17,726 bases of DNA. Source: a virus (taxonomy: Duplodnaviria; Heunggongvirae; Uroviricota; Caudoviricetes). Positions 16,694-17,726 of this stretch are shown here, one piece after another; positions within the stretch are counted from its first letter, which is position 1, and each line of letters begins with the position of its first letter. The DNA is taken from the IMG/VR virus record IMGVR_UViG_2778261034_000021, one strand, 5' to 3'. A program made the translations under genes and the position numbers. The notes under the pieces are model-generated. The model was not told the DNA's origin, ran no database searches, and was given only the letters and a program-made list of their open reading frames with translations.

Positions 16694-16886
16694 GGCAAGG
16701 AATAAACAACAAAACGTGAAGTAATATTTCAGCTGGCGAATAATATCCGACAGTAATCACTCTGCGCAATAGCGCGGCCTTTTTCGTATTGCGGGCTGTT
16801 GTCTCTCTTCTGCCATTGTCCTGTAACTTCCGGACTTCAGCCCGCTCCTCATTTTACTCACAATATTATCCCGGCCGGGAGGATTC

Positions 16887-17726
16887 ATGGCATTTAAACA
16901 CTATGATGTTGTCAGGGCGGCGTCGCCGTCAGACCTTGCGGAAAAGCTGACACACAAACTGAAAGAGGGCTGGCAGCCATACGGCGGACCGGTTGCCATT
17001 ACGCCGTACACACTGATGCAGGCGGTGGCTATTGAAGGAGATCCACAGGTCGGCCCTTCATCTAAGCCGGACTGGTTCTACGTGGTTGTGCTTGCCGGAC
17101 AGTCCAACGGCATGGCCTACGGTGAAGGGCTTCCGTTACCGGATTCTTACGATGCTCCGGATCCGCGCATTAAACAGCTGGCGCGCCGCAGCACGGTAAC
17201 TCCGGGTGGAGAGAGTTGTACGTATAACGACATCATTCCGGCCGACCACTGCCTGCATGATGTGCAGGATATGAGTACGCTGAATCATCCGAAGGCAGAC
17301 CTGAGCAAAGGGCAGTACGGCTGTGTCGGCCAGGGCTTACATATTGCCAAAAAACTGCTCCCGTATATCCCGAATAACGCGGGGATCCTGCTGGTACCAT
17401 GCTGTCGTGGTGGTTCGGCATTCACCCAGGGCGCGGAGGGGACATTCAGTGCGGACGCGGGGGCCAGCCAGGATTCGGCGCGCTGGGGTGTGGGTAAACC
17501 GTTATATCAGGACCTGATTGCGCGCACTAAAGCTGCATTACAGAAGAACCCGAAAAATGTGTTGCTGGCGGTGTGCTGGATGCAGGGAGAGTTTGACATG
17601 AGCGCCGCCACCCACGCACAGCAACCTGCGCTGTTTACAGCCATGCTGACACAGTTTCGTGCTGACCTCTCCGTGTTTAACGCGCAGTGCCATGGTGGCA
17701 GTGCTGCAGATGTGCCGTGGATTTGT
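16887..17726 (+). CDS. Prophage sialate O-acetylesterase-like protein (NanS-p-like, SGNH/SASA-type); 5' partial, continues past the window end
   Basis: Not in the ORF track because no stop occurs before the window end; translated by hand from the ATG at 16887 (GGGAGG 4 nt upstream): MAFKHYDVVRAASPSDLAEKLTHKLKEGWQPYGG...VVVLAGQSNGMAYGEG... The GQSN motif is typical of SGNH/SASA esterases. 280 codons are open to position 17726. Confidence 0.6.
   Translation, partial: MAFKHYDVVRAASPSDLAEKLTHKLKEGWQPYGGPVAITPYTLMQAVAIEGDPQVGPSSKPDWFYVVVLAGQSNGMAYGEGLPLPDSYDAPDPRIKQLARRSTVTPGGESCTYNDIIPADHCLHDVQDMSTLNHPKADLSKGQYGCVGQGLHIAKKLLPYIPNNAGILLVPCCRGGSAFTQGAEGTFSADAGASQDSARWGVGKPLYQDLIARTKAALQKNPKNVLLAVCWMQGEFDMSAATHAQQPALFTAMLTQFRADLSVFNAQCHGGSAADVPWIC

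Noticed and set aside
16333-16769. Two minus-strand ORFs (16333..16533 and 16566..16769)
   Set aside because: They run across the tRNA-like element and several terminator hairpins; GC-rich palindromes create open frames by chance.
17233-17517. Short ORFs 17233..17421 (-) and 17323..17517 (+)
   Set aside because: Both lie within the hand-translated NanS-p-like reading frame, which has the RBS and the SGNH GQSN motif.
1-17726. CRISPR array, insertion sequence or transposase, rRNA, Shiga toxin genes
   Set aside because: No regularly spaced direct repeats with spacers, no transposase-like ORF or terminal inverted repeats, no rRNA-like sequence, and no ORFs in the Q/tRNA/NanS interval where stx would lie.

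Overview
This window reads as a Rac-type lambdoid prophage of an Escherichia-like host, running from the integrase at the left edge to the start of the late region. All calls rest on reading the translations and sequence by eye; no database search or computation was run. Left arm (minus strand): int, xis, ydaC-like, ralR, recT, recE, ydaE-like, kilR, a Rha-family anti-repressor and a ydaF-like gene. Centre: a divergent repressor/Cro-like switch with two operator-like palindromes, then ydaT, a replication initiator carrying an iteron-like repeat cluster, a DnaC-like loader and three unknown genes. Right arm: nin-region genes, a putative Q antiterminator, a short terminated leader, a tRNA-like element and the 5' part of a NanS-p-like esterase. 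The most interesting feature is an AT-rich two-gene operon at 12094-13852, embedded between the replication and nin modules: an unrecognisable 216-aa protein overlapping a fused XRE-HTH + HExxH (ImmA/IrrE-type) metallopeptidase. I read it as a candidate toxin-antitoxin or anti-phage defence cargo module, followed directly by a Hok-family type I toxin locus. No CRISPR array, rRNA or transposase was seen.
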